Of a DNA stretch of 64,000 bases, positions 39,101-50,709 are shown piece by piece; positions within the stretch are counted from its first letter, which is position 1, and every line of letters starts with the position of its first letter. The position numbers and the translations under genes were made by a program. The notes below the pieces were generated by a model. It was not told where the DNA came from, searched no databases, and saw only the letters and a list, made by a program, of their open reading frames with translations. Origin of the DNA: Anthoceros angustus (Eukaryota > Plantae > Anthocerotophyta); contig MU008199.1 of NCBI GenBank assembly GCA_010909165.1, forward strand, positions 638,248 to 702,247, read 5' to 3'.

Positions 39101-39720
39101 TCAACATATAGTGCAAGCAGCACAAGGGAGCTGTCCTTGCGGAGTACATAGATATTGGTGTCTGCTTCACTTTGGATAAAACCTATCTTCTTGAGATAAG
39201 AATCCATTCTCTCATACTATAAACGTGGGCTTTGCTTTAGTCCGTAAATAGAGCGAATAAGTTTACACACCTTTGTTTAGGTGTTGCTCATCTTCATAGT
39301 CTTCTGGTTGATCCATATAGATCTCTTCTTGCAGATGACCATAAAAAAAAGCAGTACAAACGTCAAGTTGATAAATTTCCAGATTAAGCTCGGCACATAA
39401 AGCCAGGAGCATTTTCACGGAAGCAGACTTGACAACAGGTGAATAAACCTTATCGCCCTGATAGTCCACTTCTTTTTTCTAACTATAACCCTTAGCCACT
39501 AGTCTCGCTTTGTAGCGAATTCGAAGTTCAACCTCTCGGAATTTAGTTTTGAGAACCCACTTGCATTTGACAGTAGTTTCGCCTTTGGGCAAGTTTATTA
39601 GAGTAACACCATAAATTTTGAAGGGGGGGAATATGCTCGATGGGGGTTTTTTGTGAATAACCGCTGAAGAGGGTTGGTGATGGGTCTAAAAGCTGTGGGT
39701 TCAGCTATTGTGTGGAAACT
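36200..39720 (-). mobile_element. Ty1/copia element 2, partial (RT + RNase H, candidate 3' LTR ~36200-36453), interrupted upstream
   Basis: KCKWVLKTK...YKARLVAKGYS, YQLDVCTAF.YG, SIYGLKQSPR, LYVDDLVI, ESEYKALNEA. The LTR candidate TGTCGC...TCCTGACA with CCTTATATAGG is low confidence because its partner is not in the window. Confidence 0.85.
36847..39457. repeat. Tandem duplication C (~1290 bp x2) inside copia 2
   Basis: TCGCCTCACCAAATGTGTGGTC at 36848 and 38133. Both copies end ...GAATAAACCTTATCGCC. Confidence 0.9.
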
Positions 39721-40608
39721 AAAGCGAAAAAAAGGGTCCGGCCCCTGCATCATACGAGTTTTCCGTTGGTATATATGACTGCCGAAGGGTGACCCAATTC
39801 CCTACACCGTTTGTTTCGGCCAAAACAATACCCACAATGCACACCCTGTTTGCCGGTCTAGCAATAATGTTATCAGACATTCGCGATTCCAACGCCACTA
39901 TGGAAGGGTCATGAAATCTCGCGGACAGGTTCAATCCATAAAACAAAATTGTGGGGAAGAAAATTTCGTTTGCTCAGCAGGTTTAATGTGTGATCCTTCA
40001 CCTATTAGCGGTACACAGTGGCGAGGCAAGGGAGGGGCGCGGCTGGCGGCGCCCTCCACAACCTCCTATCAGAAAAACATGTTTGCTATCCACTTGGGCA
40101 CCAGTTCCTGGAGAATGAAGTGGAACCGGTCACTGTGGTATGGCGTGGCATGTTGCATGAGGGGGCGCCGGCTGGCCGGCGCCCTCGCCACTGTCAAGAA
40201 GGGCACATTCCACATGGTTGCTATCCGCATTGTCACCACTTCATTTGGAATGAAATAGAACAGGGCCCTGCAGTGGGGGGTCATGTTGCTTGCCGTGGTG
40301 TTGGAGACAAATACCCTAAACCGCGGGACTCACGTAACATATTCACAGGACATAGTCCGTCAATATTTAGCCTAAAACAAGTGGTATGTGCAACCGCCAT
40401 TGCAGCTTCTACAATTTGAGCTAAAGTTATGCACGAACAGCGACAAGAGGAATAGGGGCGCCGACCGCCACCGAGCCATGTACCGCTTTGGTTGTAAAGG
40501 ATGGGCCATCGACACATGAAGTGGGGACCCACATCCATACGACCCCTAATGACAATGGTTGAGGCTAGTCATCCACACTCAGCCTAGTCATCCCCGAGTT
40601 CACGCCTT

Positions 40609-42378
40609 TCACATCGCTTGGCCCAAGATCAACAATATTGTCATCGCTATCCTCGACACTTTGACGGCTGGTTGTATGAATCCTCGCACACTCAATTTGT
40701 CCTCGATCGCCTTTTGTCCACCGATACAAATGTTTCCGGCATTCAAAATAAAACCGTAATAAAGGATGATGGAATCATTCACATAGACCGCCTGTATGTT
40801 TTTGGGATAAAATACCTTATTACCTTTTTTCCCCAGTGCCCGTCCATCTTGGTTACCTCTTCCTCGTAGTATATATTCCTCCACATACCTACCTTCGTAC
40901 GCGTCTGTATGATCTGTCCGATACCAGTGGATAAGAAAGTGAGGTTGTGGTGCATCCAACTTCACGTCCGTGACTTTCCCAATCCAAAAAGGTCTGTTGT
41001 GTATGTCTGTGGTGCATGGCACTGCGAGAAACATTCCCTTTTTTATTTCTGCAATATCGCCATTCAAGCGTGCCATTTCACGCTGCTGCCTTCCAATGTT
41101 TTGATATGGCCCCAGATACATATCTCGTTGGGGAAGCTCCTCAACAATGCTTCTTCCAGCAAAGCTTCATCCGGTACATGAAGGTCATACTGTCTCTTCC
41201 TCCTCAGCACGGGAGAACCATTTCCAAGGACGGTCCAGAACAAGGCCGATGTGGTTTTCCACAATAACAGCAATCTCTGTCTGGTCTACCCAGAATTCCT
41301 CCCACCACTTGTACTCTTCAGTTGTTACATAAGGTCGCATTCCAAGTAACCCATCCTTCAAATGAGCCACACCTTCCGTTGGTGTCAGTGCCCCTGCGGT
41401 TCCTTTTTTATCCCGTGCACGTAAGGACATCAAAGGCGCTCATATGGCATCGAGGAACGAAATTTAAGAACTCCAAACTCGCCTCTTTCCCAAAGCGAGA
41501 TGTTGAATCGCTTGCTCCTCGATGATCGGACTGCCGCGTCGTTTGTCCTCCCGTAATTTTGAACTGCCGTATGATAGATTATTCAACTTTTTCACCGCAT
41601 ACTTCCTCCCTCTCGCCAGACCATACATATGTCCGGAACTGGAACCTCCACTGTAACCTTCACCTGAGAGGGAGTATAGGCCTCATCGTGTGTGGTACGG
41701 TAGCGCGCTTCTTTGTGTTTAAGGCTTTTGGAGAAGCAGAAAACATCCGTCTATTTGGTCATGAGTGTGACCAACCAAGGAATCCCACCTTCACTTTTTC
41801 GAACGTGTGCCCATATCAACGAGCATGTTCAGATATGCAAATAATAGCTGATTCTTGTTCTCCCGACATGTATTGTCAAGTTGCAAGTACAAAACTTTGG
41901 GCAGCTGTGGAGTGATTTTCTAAACCCCGTGGTCACACAAAGGCCACATTTACCCTCTTTATCGTTGTAGACTTGAGATTCGTACCCAAGGGAGTGATTT
42001 CGTGTCAAGACAACCAAAACCATTAATCCACCCAAACACGGACACACCAAACATCTAGGCGATTCTGGACCGAACTACAACCTTTCGGACACTGCGCTAT
42101 CTTAGCCCGACCTATTGCTACCTTAGCAGCAGGCGGCCGATCGCTATCTTAGCAACCACTCTCTATTTTTAGCAGAGTGGGGTCCACCTTGGGATCAGGT
42201 CTGACTATTAATAGAAGGGTGGATCCCACGTGAAGATGCAAGCGGATAAGGCTGGCCCCTCTCTCTCTCTCATCTACCCACAAAGTCAGATCCACCAATC
42301 AGGGTTGCCGCTCACACAAACTACCCCCTTACTCTTGTAGCACTTCTTCAGACCTCCTTTCCTCTCCTCCAGCCCTTC
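40609..42378 (-). pseudogene. Sola-type (Sola1-like) DDD transposase, catalytic and C-terminal part
   Basis: The reverse complement of ~41700-41910 reads LPKVLYLQLDNTCRENKNQLLFAYLNMLVDMG..EKVKVGFL.VGHTHDQID.MFS. The C-terminal ORFs at 41185-41433 and 40609-41121 follow. The subgroup is assigned from recalled motifs. Confidence 0.78.
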
Positions 42379-45300
42379 ACACTACTAGGAAAACGTGTCC
42401 TTTACTACGGAATTTACTACTACATTACAACAAAATTACTACACTTGTAGTAAAATGCCCGTTGTAAAACACATAGCGTTAATTTCCATGGTAATGTCTT
42501 CACCGTATACCATGGCTATATATATCGTTATGTGACATACATACGATGTACTTTACGGAGTTGACCGTACATGAGTTAGGGTTTAACTACAGTTCACTTT
42601 ACAACAACAATTACTACAGTGATCTACAACGACATTTACAACAACTAATCGTGGTTAATAAAATATGGTTAAGTAACCAATGTGAATTAACTCAAGTTTA
42701 TTAATCGAAGTTAAATAACATGGTTTATAAACCATAGTTATGTAACCATGGTTAGGTTAATCGAGCATAGTTATAACGGGCCGTTGTAAAACACCTCTGC
42801 AAAATAAGGCCGTAGTAAAAATCTGCAGGACCGTAGTAAAGTAAAACGGATTTATATTCTTTGTAGTAAAGTGCACTCTGTAGTAAAATGAAGGGGTGCT
42901 AGGCGGGTGTGTGGGTTATAGGTCTTGTGATTGCACCTACATCCTACAATATATTAGACTCGCCCCCTACATGCTACAGGGCATCTAAAATTTTCTCCAC
43001 CCAGACCTCAACTCAAAGACCGTGCCCCAAAGGTTTGCCACCGCCAAAAAGAAAACCACAAACTTAAATCGGTTTAAGTTCACGAACTTCAGGCTATCCC
43101 AAAATAGACACAATAGTCACGGACAACGACCTAACCGTAATCATGCTCAAGCATCCTCACTTGTCTTGCAACTTTGCGGGAAGATAATGCCCCACCATCC
43201 ACCGTCATCTATGACATTACGCTTTAAGATGGCCTCCATGACCTTCTCATCGCACTCCTTGATGGAATAGCCGCATCCTTCAACAAGGTCCACACATTAA
43301 TCGCCTTGTCCTTCCTTTGAGTCCACTTGCGGACCCAAAGCTGGAGTTCTAGTTCGCATCCAAAACTCTTTCAACTTTGTAAGCCAAGCCCCATGATTGG
43401 TGCCAACGTGATTTCATCCATGGTTGGGTCTCTCTCAAACTTCCTCTAAACCTGTCAAGAAACCCCTTCTGCCCGCCATATCCAAAACATGCATAGCTAT
43501 TACTTCCCACCTCCTTGCTCCTCCTCATGGCAGCCAGTTTTTGCTGGCTCGGGGCAACAACTCCATCCATCTTGTCTTGCTCCTCTTTCAAAAAGACCTC
43601 CCAGTACTCCTGCTTCACACTCTTCGGGACATACTTGGGGTGCGCTTTTTGTCCTTGCAAGAAATAACGGGCTTCCTTCCTAACATTGTTCCTCCAAAAC
43701 TTCAGATTAGGGTTCAGAAATTGCAAGACAATACAGTCAAAAGACCATGGACCACTCAAAGTCTACCTGATACATGTCTCAACATGAAGGCTTGATTTGC
43801 TTCCAAAAGGGATGTATGAGAGGATTGCAGAGAGCGGGTTGCAAAATGCACTCATCCTTCATGGGCAAAAAGGAGGGATCCACGAAGATGTAGCACACGC
43901 AAACATGTTTAGTGCATAGCCTCCAAATATGGCATAAAGCGCCTCCGTCGCATTAGATCTACGGCGAAATTTCAGCTGAGAATTTCATGCAGCAAGAAAT
44001 TCCAGCCTCAAAATTTCATCTGGGGCCTGAAATTTCAGGCCCCTACATCTTGCGGCATTTCGACGAAATTTCATCTTTGAGCGAAATTTCAGCTACAAAA
44101 CTAAAATGCCACCAAACATTGAAGATCTCGGATAGGTGGCCCCTCTCTCTCATCTACCCACAAAGTCAGATCCACCAATCAGGGTTGCCGCTCACACAAA
44201 CTACCCCCTTACTCTTGTAGCACTTCTTCAGACCTCCTTTCCTCTCCTCCAGCCCTTCACACTACTAGGAAAACGTGTCCTTTACTACGGAATTTACTAC
44301 GGACATTACAACAAAATTACTACACTTGTAGTAAAATGCCCGTTGTAAACACATAGCGTTAATTTCCATGGTAATGTCTTCACACCGTATACCATGGCTA
44401 TATATCGTATTCGTATGTGACATACATACGATGTACTTTACGGAGTTGACCGTACATGAGTTAGGGTTTAACTACAGTTCACTTTACAACAACAATTACT
44501 ACAGTGATCTACAACGACATTTACATTTGTAATCATGGTTAATAAAATATGGTTAAGTAACCAATGTGAATTAACTCAAGTTTATTAAGCGAAGTTAAAT
44601 AACATGGTTTATAAACCATAGTTATGTAACCATGGTTAGGTTAATCGACAGCTGTAGTTATAACGGGCCGTTGTAAAACACCAGCTGCAAAATAAGGCCG
44701 TAGTAAAAATCTGAAATAAACAGGACCGTAGTAAAGTAAAACGGATTTATATTCTTTGTAGTAAAGTGCACTGTTGTAGTAAAATGAAGGGGTGCTAGGC
44801 GGGTGTGTGGGTTATAATCTTGAATTTGATTGCACCTACATCCTACAATATATTAGACTCGCCCCCTACATGCTACAGGGCATCTAAAATTTTCTCCACC
44901 CAAAGACCTCAACTCAAAGACCGTGCCCCAAAGGTTTGCCACCGCCAAAAAGAAAACCACAAACTTAAATCGGTTTAAGTTCACGAACTTCAGGCTATCA
45001 CAAATAGACACAATAGTCACGGACAACGACCTAACAGAATCATGCTCAAGCATCCTCACTTGTCTTGCAACTTTGCGGGAAGATAATGCCCCACCATCCA
45101 CCGTCATCTATGACATTACGCTTTAGGATGGCCTCCATGACCTTCTCATCGCACTCCTTGATGGAATAGCCGCATCCTTCAACAAGGTCCACACATTAAT
45201 CGCCTTGTCCTTGCCTTTGAGTCCACTTGCGGACCCAAAGCTGGAGTTCTAGTTCGGTGCATCCAAAACTCTTTCAACTTTGTAAGCCAAGCCCCATGAT

Positions 45301-46024
45301 TGGTGCCAACAGATTGATTTCATCCATGGTTGGGTCTCTAAACTTCCTCTAAACGTCAAGAAACCCCTTCGCCCGCCATATCCAAAACATGCATAGCTAT
45401 TACTTCCCACCTCCTTGCTCCTCCTCATGGCGGGTTTTCTTTCAACAACTCCATCCATCTTGTCTTGCTCCTCTTTCAAAAGGCCTCCCAAGACTGCTTC
45501 ACACTCTTTGGGACATACTTGGGGTGCGCTTTTTGTTCTTGCAAGAAATAACGGGCTTCCTTCCTAACATTGTTCCTCCAAAACTTCAGATTAGGGTTCA
45601 GAAATTGCAAGACAATACAGTCAAAGACCATGGACCACTCAAAGTCTGCCTGATACATGTCTCAACATGAAGCACACACGCTTCAGTTTGCTTCCAAAAG
45701 GGATGTATGAGAGGATTGCAGAGAGAGCGGGTTGCAAAATGCACTCTGTCCTTCATGGGCAAAAAGGAGGGACAGTCACGAAAGATGTAGCACACACAGC
45801 ACCAGCAGCATGTTTAGTGCATAGCCTCCAAATGAGGCATAAAACGATGCCCTTCAGGCCTCCAAATCAGGCATTAGATCTCCGCCCGAAATTTCGTCAG
45901 AATTTCATGAAGAAGAAATTCCCCTGAAATTTCAGTGCAGCCCCTTTCATCATGTCTGCGATTGCCCGAAATTTCATGGCAGCAAATTGTGCTACAAACT
46001 AAAATGCCACCAAAACATTGAAGA
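42245..46024. repeat. Tandem duplication D (~1880 bp x2) spanning the Sola/CACTA junction
   Basis: The flank plus TIR (…CCAGCCCTTCA|CACTACTAGGAAAACG) occurs at 42379 and 44259. Both copies end ...AAAATGCCACCAAA(A)CATTGAAGA. Confidence 0.92.
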
Positions 46025-49000
46025 CAGCCTACCTGAAGGATGGATGTGGGCAGCAAGCACTTCGTGATGGACATCGTGCACCCTTTTCCTCTTGGGCCCC
46101 CTAGAGCACTTTATGCCCAAATCTCGACATTCCGGAGGAATGATATCAGCATCTTCCTCAGTCACAGCATCATGAGGAAGATGCTGATGCTGCTTCTCCT
46201 CAGCAGGTATATCAACTTTTGCTTGCTCCTGTTCGCCACCCTCCAAGTCCTGCTCGACTAGTTGAAGATGAATAGTTGTTTCAGTCGGAAGGGGTGTCCT
46301 ACAGGCTTTAGGAGGGTACAGTGTTTCAGGCTCCTTCTCTGCACTCTTCACATGCTTCACAAAATTAGACCACACAGATGTTGTCTTCTGGCTGTCAGGT
46401 ACCATGTTGATAGCTTCAAGCTTCTTAACGTTCTCCTGCGGGTTACGGCGTCGTTCTCTTCAACTTCTACCAATAGTGCATCATGGTTACCGCTAAAAGT
46501 AACGTCAACGTCAGCATGTATGGCTCATGGCGGGTTTGGGCGGAAGGATCTTCGTGCACTCCTGGATGTATTGCCGGCCGTGCATTTGATCCCCAACCAC
46601 CTCCTCTGCGATCTGCAGCTTGTGCATCGATCCACAGCCCCTTCTATAGGAGGCGATAGAGCGCCCCAACGGCCCGGGACGGTGATCTTGGTCGCTTTTG
46701 CCTTCACTGGCGCCCTTCCTCGCCCAAGTCTGAATCGCTCTCCATGATTTTATGAGCTGGTGTGAGCTCATGCCCGTTCTTCAAATATGGCGCACACTCA
46801 TCCTTGTGAAATCGGCCTCTTCGTGTCTTCATCCTCTCCGAACATGCGGTGATGCCCTAGCGGCTCGCGTTTTGGTCCTTCACCCGCTCGGGCGTAGATG
46901 GCGTCCCGTTGTCTCCGGCCATCCGACCCTCCCACCCACGGAGGAACTTACCCTTAACTTGCCCACCGCTTTCCCTCCCTCTTGTTCCATTGCGCGTCCG
47001 GAAGCCTTGAGAGGCAAATCAAAGTCCTCCTCCTCCTTTCCCCGGCATCTTGAAGTGAGACTTTGCCACAGCTCTTTTCACTGCCGCCACTTGCCCGCCC
47101 AGGCTCTCCGTGTGTAAGCAATTTCCGCCTTCGAGTTCCGTGAATTACGATTTGGGTCCAGCCTAGTCCGTCCCATGTGGCCTCCACATCTCCTGCTACT
47201 AATGCTGCCGCCAGCGCCGGGTCTCGAAATCGGGCTCCGCTCGCAGTTGAATCTTCCTCGTCGTTTTAGGCATCTACGACACAAGGTAGGTGATTCACGG
47301 AGCTTTGGAAAGGTCGCTCAGTTAGGCGGAGGAAAAAAGGAGAACATACCTCAACCTTAGCCGGTTTAGACCACGCTTCGATGTGTCCTCCGCGCGATCT
47401 GCGTAGTAAGAATTTCAAAGTAGGGTTGTCACGGTGTGCTTGAAACCTACTGGAGTATAGAACAAGGGAGAAGAGAGGAATGACAGTCACATGGACTTCG
47501 TCTCGTGGCGGTGAACGCAGACAAGTTTCATTTCGGGATGTAACATGGCGGAAACCAACTCAAACTACACAGGGTTTATTATCCATTATTTACGGTCCAT
47601 ATATAGGCGTAAGGGTCCTTGGCCTTTGGTACCCAAGTTCACCATCCAACCCAAACTTGGCTTTGAAGCCCAAGGAGTCGTTATTTGCTTTTTCGAAGTC
47701 CAAGGAAAAGTTTTGCAATTTTCATGAGCCAAGGAAACATATTTCATCGCGAGCCTATATATAGGCCATGTAATTCTGTTTCTTTCACCCTAAGTCCAAT
47801 CCGAGGCGTGAGTGTCCTTGGATTTTGGTGCCCATGGCAACTTCACCATCCGACCCGACCACGGCTCCGAAGCCCAAGGAAATGTTATTTGAATTTTCGA
47901 TGGGTTTTGTTAACCATAGGTTTTGTTAACCATGGTTCGTCAAACCATGGATTCACGAACTCAAAGTCCAAGGAAACTCGGTCGACCCTAAAGTGTCCTG
48001 TCTCTGACCACTTGAGAGCAAGATCGGCGGGCACTTTCATCGATCGTGTTGCACGCCGATCGGATCAAGCTCGGACGCCCGCCATGTGGCGTGTAACGCC
48101 TGTTTGCATTTGGGTGCACATGGCATGCTGCCATTGGTCACACTTGGACACCATAGGGGCCCCGCGCCCATCCTCGTCGATGCCGAGCCCAATTCCATGA
48201 TGTGCGCACACATTATCGGCAAGCGGCGTTTCATGATTCGCAAGTCAAGGATATTTTAACCAAACCCTAACTCAAGTTTTCCTTGGGCTTGTAACCAAAC
48301 CCTAACTCATGTTTCCCATGGGTTAAGGTGTACCCTAACCCCTAACCCGAAAGCCAAGGAGACTTGGGTTTCCATGGCTATATATGCCTCCATGGCGGGA
48401 TATGTAACTAGGGTTTATGGTTTGGTGAAAGCGAATCTTGTTGACCACTCCAGTTTTGCGCACACCATCCTGGCTCTCAGTTACCTGTCACTTGTCTAAA
48501 GGCACGCGGGCATTTCATCTGTAATGGACATCATTGAATCCACTCAGTTTCTCGCAGCGTGGCAGGCATCCATTGGTGCCAGATGGGCATAAATGGAGGC
48601 ATTGCTTGTTTGGCACACTCGACTCCGGCTTCGGATTTGCATGGTTCGTTTGGTCTTCCCACGAAGCCCGAATCCAGGCCTTCTTATTCTGTCCTAGATT
48701 TGCATGAAGCGCGCCTTAAGTTCTTCCTTGCCCTCGCGCCGCAAAGGTGAATTTTGCTCGACGTGCTTCATGGTTCCTTCGCTCCTCACAGCGGCTTTGA
48801 AGCTAGCGAGGGCAAGGAAGAACGGCTTCCCAATGTCTGGAGGAAATGGCGCAATCGGATGGCGGTGGCGGAGTGCCTAGAGATTTATCGCCGACATGGG
48901 AGGCGGGAATCGGAGGCTTCGCGCGACCCACACACGCCGATGAGGATGCGGACGGCGCGCCCCAATCTCTGGGAGGCCTTGGATTTCAAGAGGCGGGTAA

Positions 49001-49707
49001 TGGAGATGGGCGATGCTTCATGGAAATTACCTCGAGGCTCCATCGAGGCGCCCGGACCTAGGTTGTGGCTTCCTTGATTGGATTGAAGCACAACGACACT
49101 TTTGCAAGTCTACTACTGAGCTCAGCGATGTGGAGATGATCGAAGGAGGATTTTCAGCTTGTCCCGTCGCAGCCCCTTTGTTCTCGTTTCTGGTCGCCTA
49201 GCCCAAGCCTTAAGCGATGTACAGGTTACCTCTCGATTTTTCTTTTAGGGTAATAAGGCGTGGTTTATCATCAAAACCCATTCTAAATTAGTCTTGTTCT
49301 AAACGTGTCTCGTCGTAAAGGGTCTTGTTGTAAACTCTCTGAGTGTAGTAAACTATGGGATGTTGTAAAATACCATTGGCATGTTGTAAAAGAACCCGTT
49401 GTAATGGAGAAAGTCATGTAGTAAATTGATGGCCCGTAGTAAACAAACATGCCATCGTTGTAACATCCATAAGCTCATTGTAAATAACAAGTGCCCGTAG
49501 TAAAATCCATTTTGTTTTGCCACGTCATTTTGCTTTGGCAAAACAAGCCTAGTAAAGTTGGAATGAGGTTTAGTAAATTGTGGCTATACTTGAAAATAAT
49601 ACATGGACTTGAAACGGTGCCTTCAATTGACGTAGTAAAATGGGCTCGTGGTAAAATGCACCCTGTTGTAAAAGCGCAATTAGTAAAGTATACTTTTCCT
49701 AGTAGTC
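42379..49707 (-). mobile_element. CACTA/EnSpm element 1, probably non-autonomous (TnpA/PTTA-like ORF only)
   Basis: Left TIR CACTACTAGGAAAA (42379) and right TIR TTTTCCTAGTAGT (49694-49706). Dense subterminal TTTACTAC/GTAGTAAA/TTGTAAAA repeats at both ends. ORF 43349-43759 (duplicated at 45249-45800) has EYWEVFLKEEQDK...RSKEVGSN..FGYGG. No TnpD DDE core was recognised and the TSD was not resolved. Confidence 0.85.
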
Positions 49708-50459
49708 GGCTCACCCTCTCGGCTCCATGCAAACCTCTCCAGCTCACAGCCTTGAGGTGCCTCTCAGGCCCCTCCCATACTCCAAGTTTCCCGATGGCTG
49801 TCTTCAACCTCCTTGTTCTCACCTCACCGCCCCATTCAATCTCCACTTTCACAAACATCTGATGCCTCTCCAGTCCTTACAAGGTTCTCATCCAGACCTC
49901 TACAAAGACTTCACCAACCCTCAAAATACTTGTTCGACTACCTCCCGCAATCATTCCGTCTCATCCACTCACGGGTCCTCAACCTCCGATCCACGGCTTT
50001 CTTCTTCAAGAACACAAACATCACTTATAGACTTCTCCTTCTTACTCCTCTCAAACAAATTAATCAGCAATTCTCCATGTCCAAAGATTCTCCACTTCTC
50101 TCGCCACCTTCGCCCAAACACACAAGCCCATGTGTCTCCAACTCACTTCAACTTCCTCAGCCTCCCTTCTACACACAGTGCCCCCGCCTGCCTTCCCTCA
50201 CACACGACCTCCAACACCTCGAAACTCAAACACAAGGTGAGTACTAGACAAATCAAGAGAATGAGTAAGAGAATGGACAGCCTCCCCACAACCCCTTCCT
50301 CTTGACCTTGGGAACTCCTCCAAGGAGACCACAAGGCTTCCCCCCTTTCTTTCCACCACCCTTGCGGATCGCCACAGATCTTGGCAACTTGGTAGTCTTC
50401 TTAGCTCCTCCCGTGATGTAGAAACAATGTCTAGACTTACAGATCTGGTACTCCCAAAC
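49708..50459 (-). pseudogene. N-terminal continuation of the Sola1-like transposase on the other side of CACTA 1
   Basis: Coding-like frameshifted sequence directly abutting the right TIR, in the same orientation as 40609-42378. No diagnostic motif, so continuity is inferred. Confidence 0.5.
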
Positions 50460-50709
50460 TGTGGAAATATGATAATGGTGCAAACCAATTGAGTATTTAT
50501 CAATTACATTATTGTAGATATGCAAGAAAGCATTAGTAAATTGATTGTAGCAACTAGACTTATTCTAGTAGCCAAGAGACATGACCTTTGGCCTAGGGAC
50601 GTAACCCTAATGAAAGGGTAAGCTAAATAAATTAAAGCTATATACACACATACACTAGATAGCTAGATATAATAACTATAAGTAATAACTCAACACTCTA
50701 TCTTCAATA
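50460..50709 (-). repeat. 3' LTR of copia 3
   Basis: TGTGGAAATATG..ATGGTGCAAACCAATTGAG...CTCTATCTTCAATA; matches ~56925-57166. Confidence 0.92.

Noticed and set aside
48260-48348. Interstitial telomere array
   Set aside because: Only about four dispersed CCCTAA units; too short and irregular.
49707-49712. 3-bp TSD for CACTA 1
   Set aside because: The right terminus reads TAGTAGTCGGC instead of TAGTAGTG+TCA, so the junction is garbled and the TSD cannot be confirmed.
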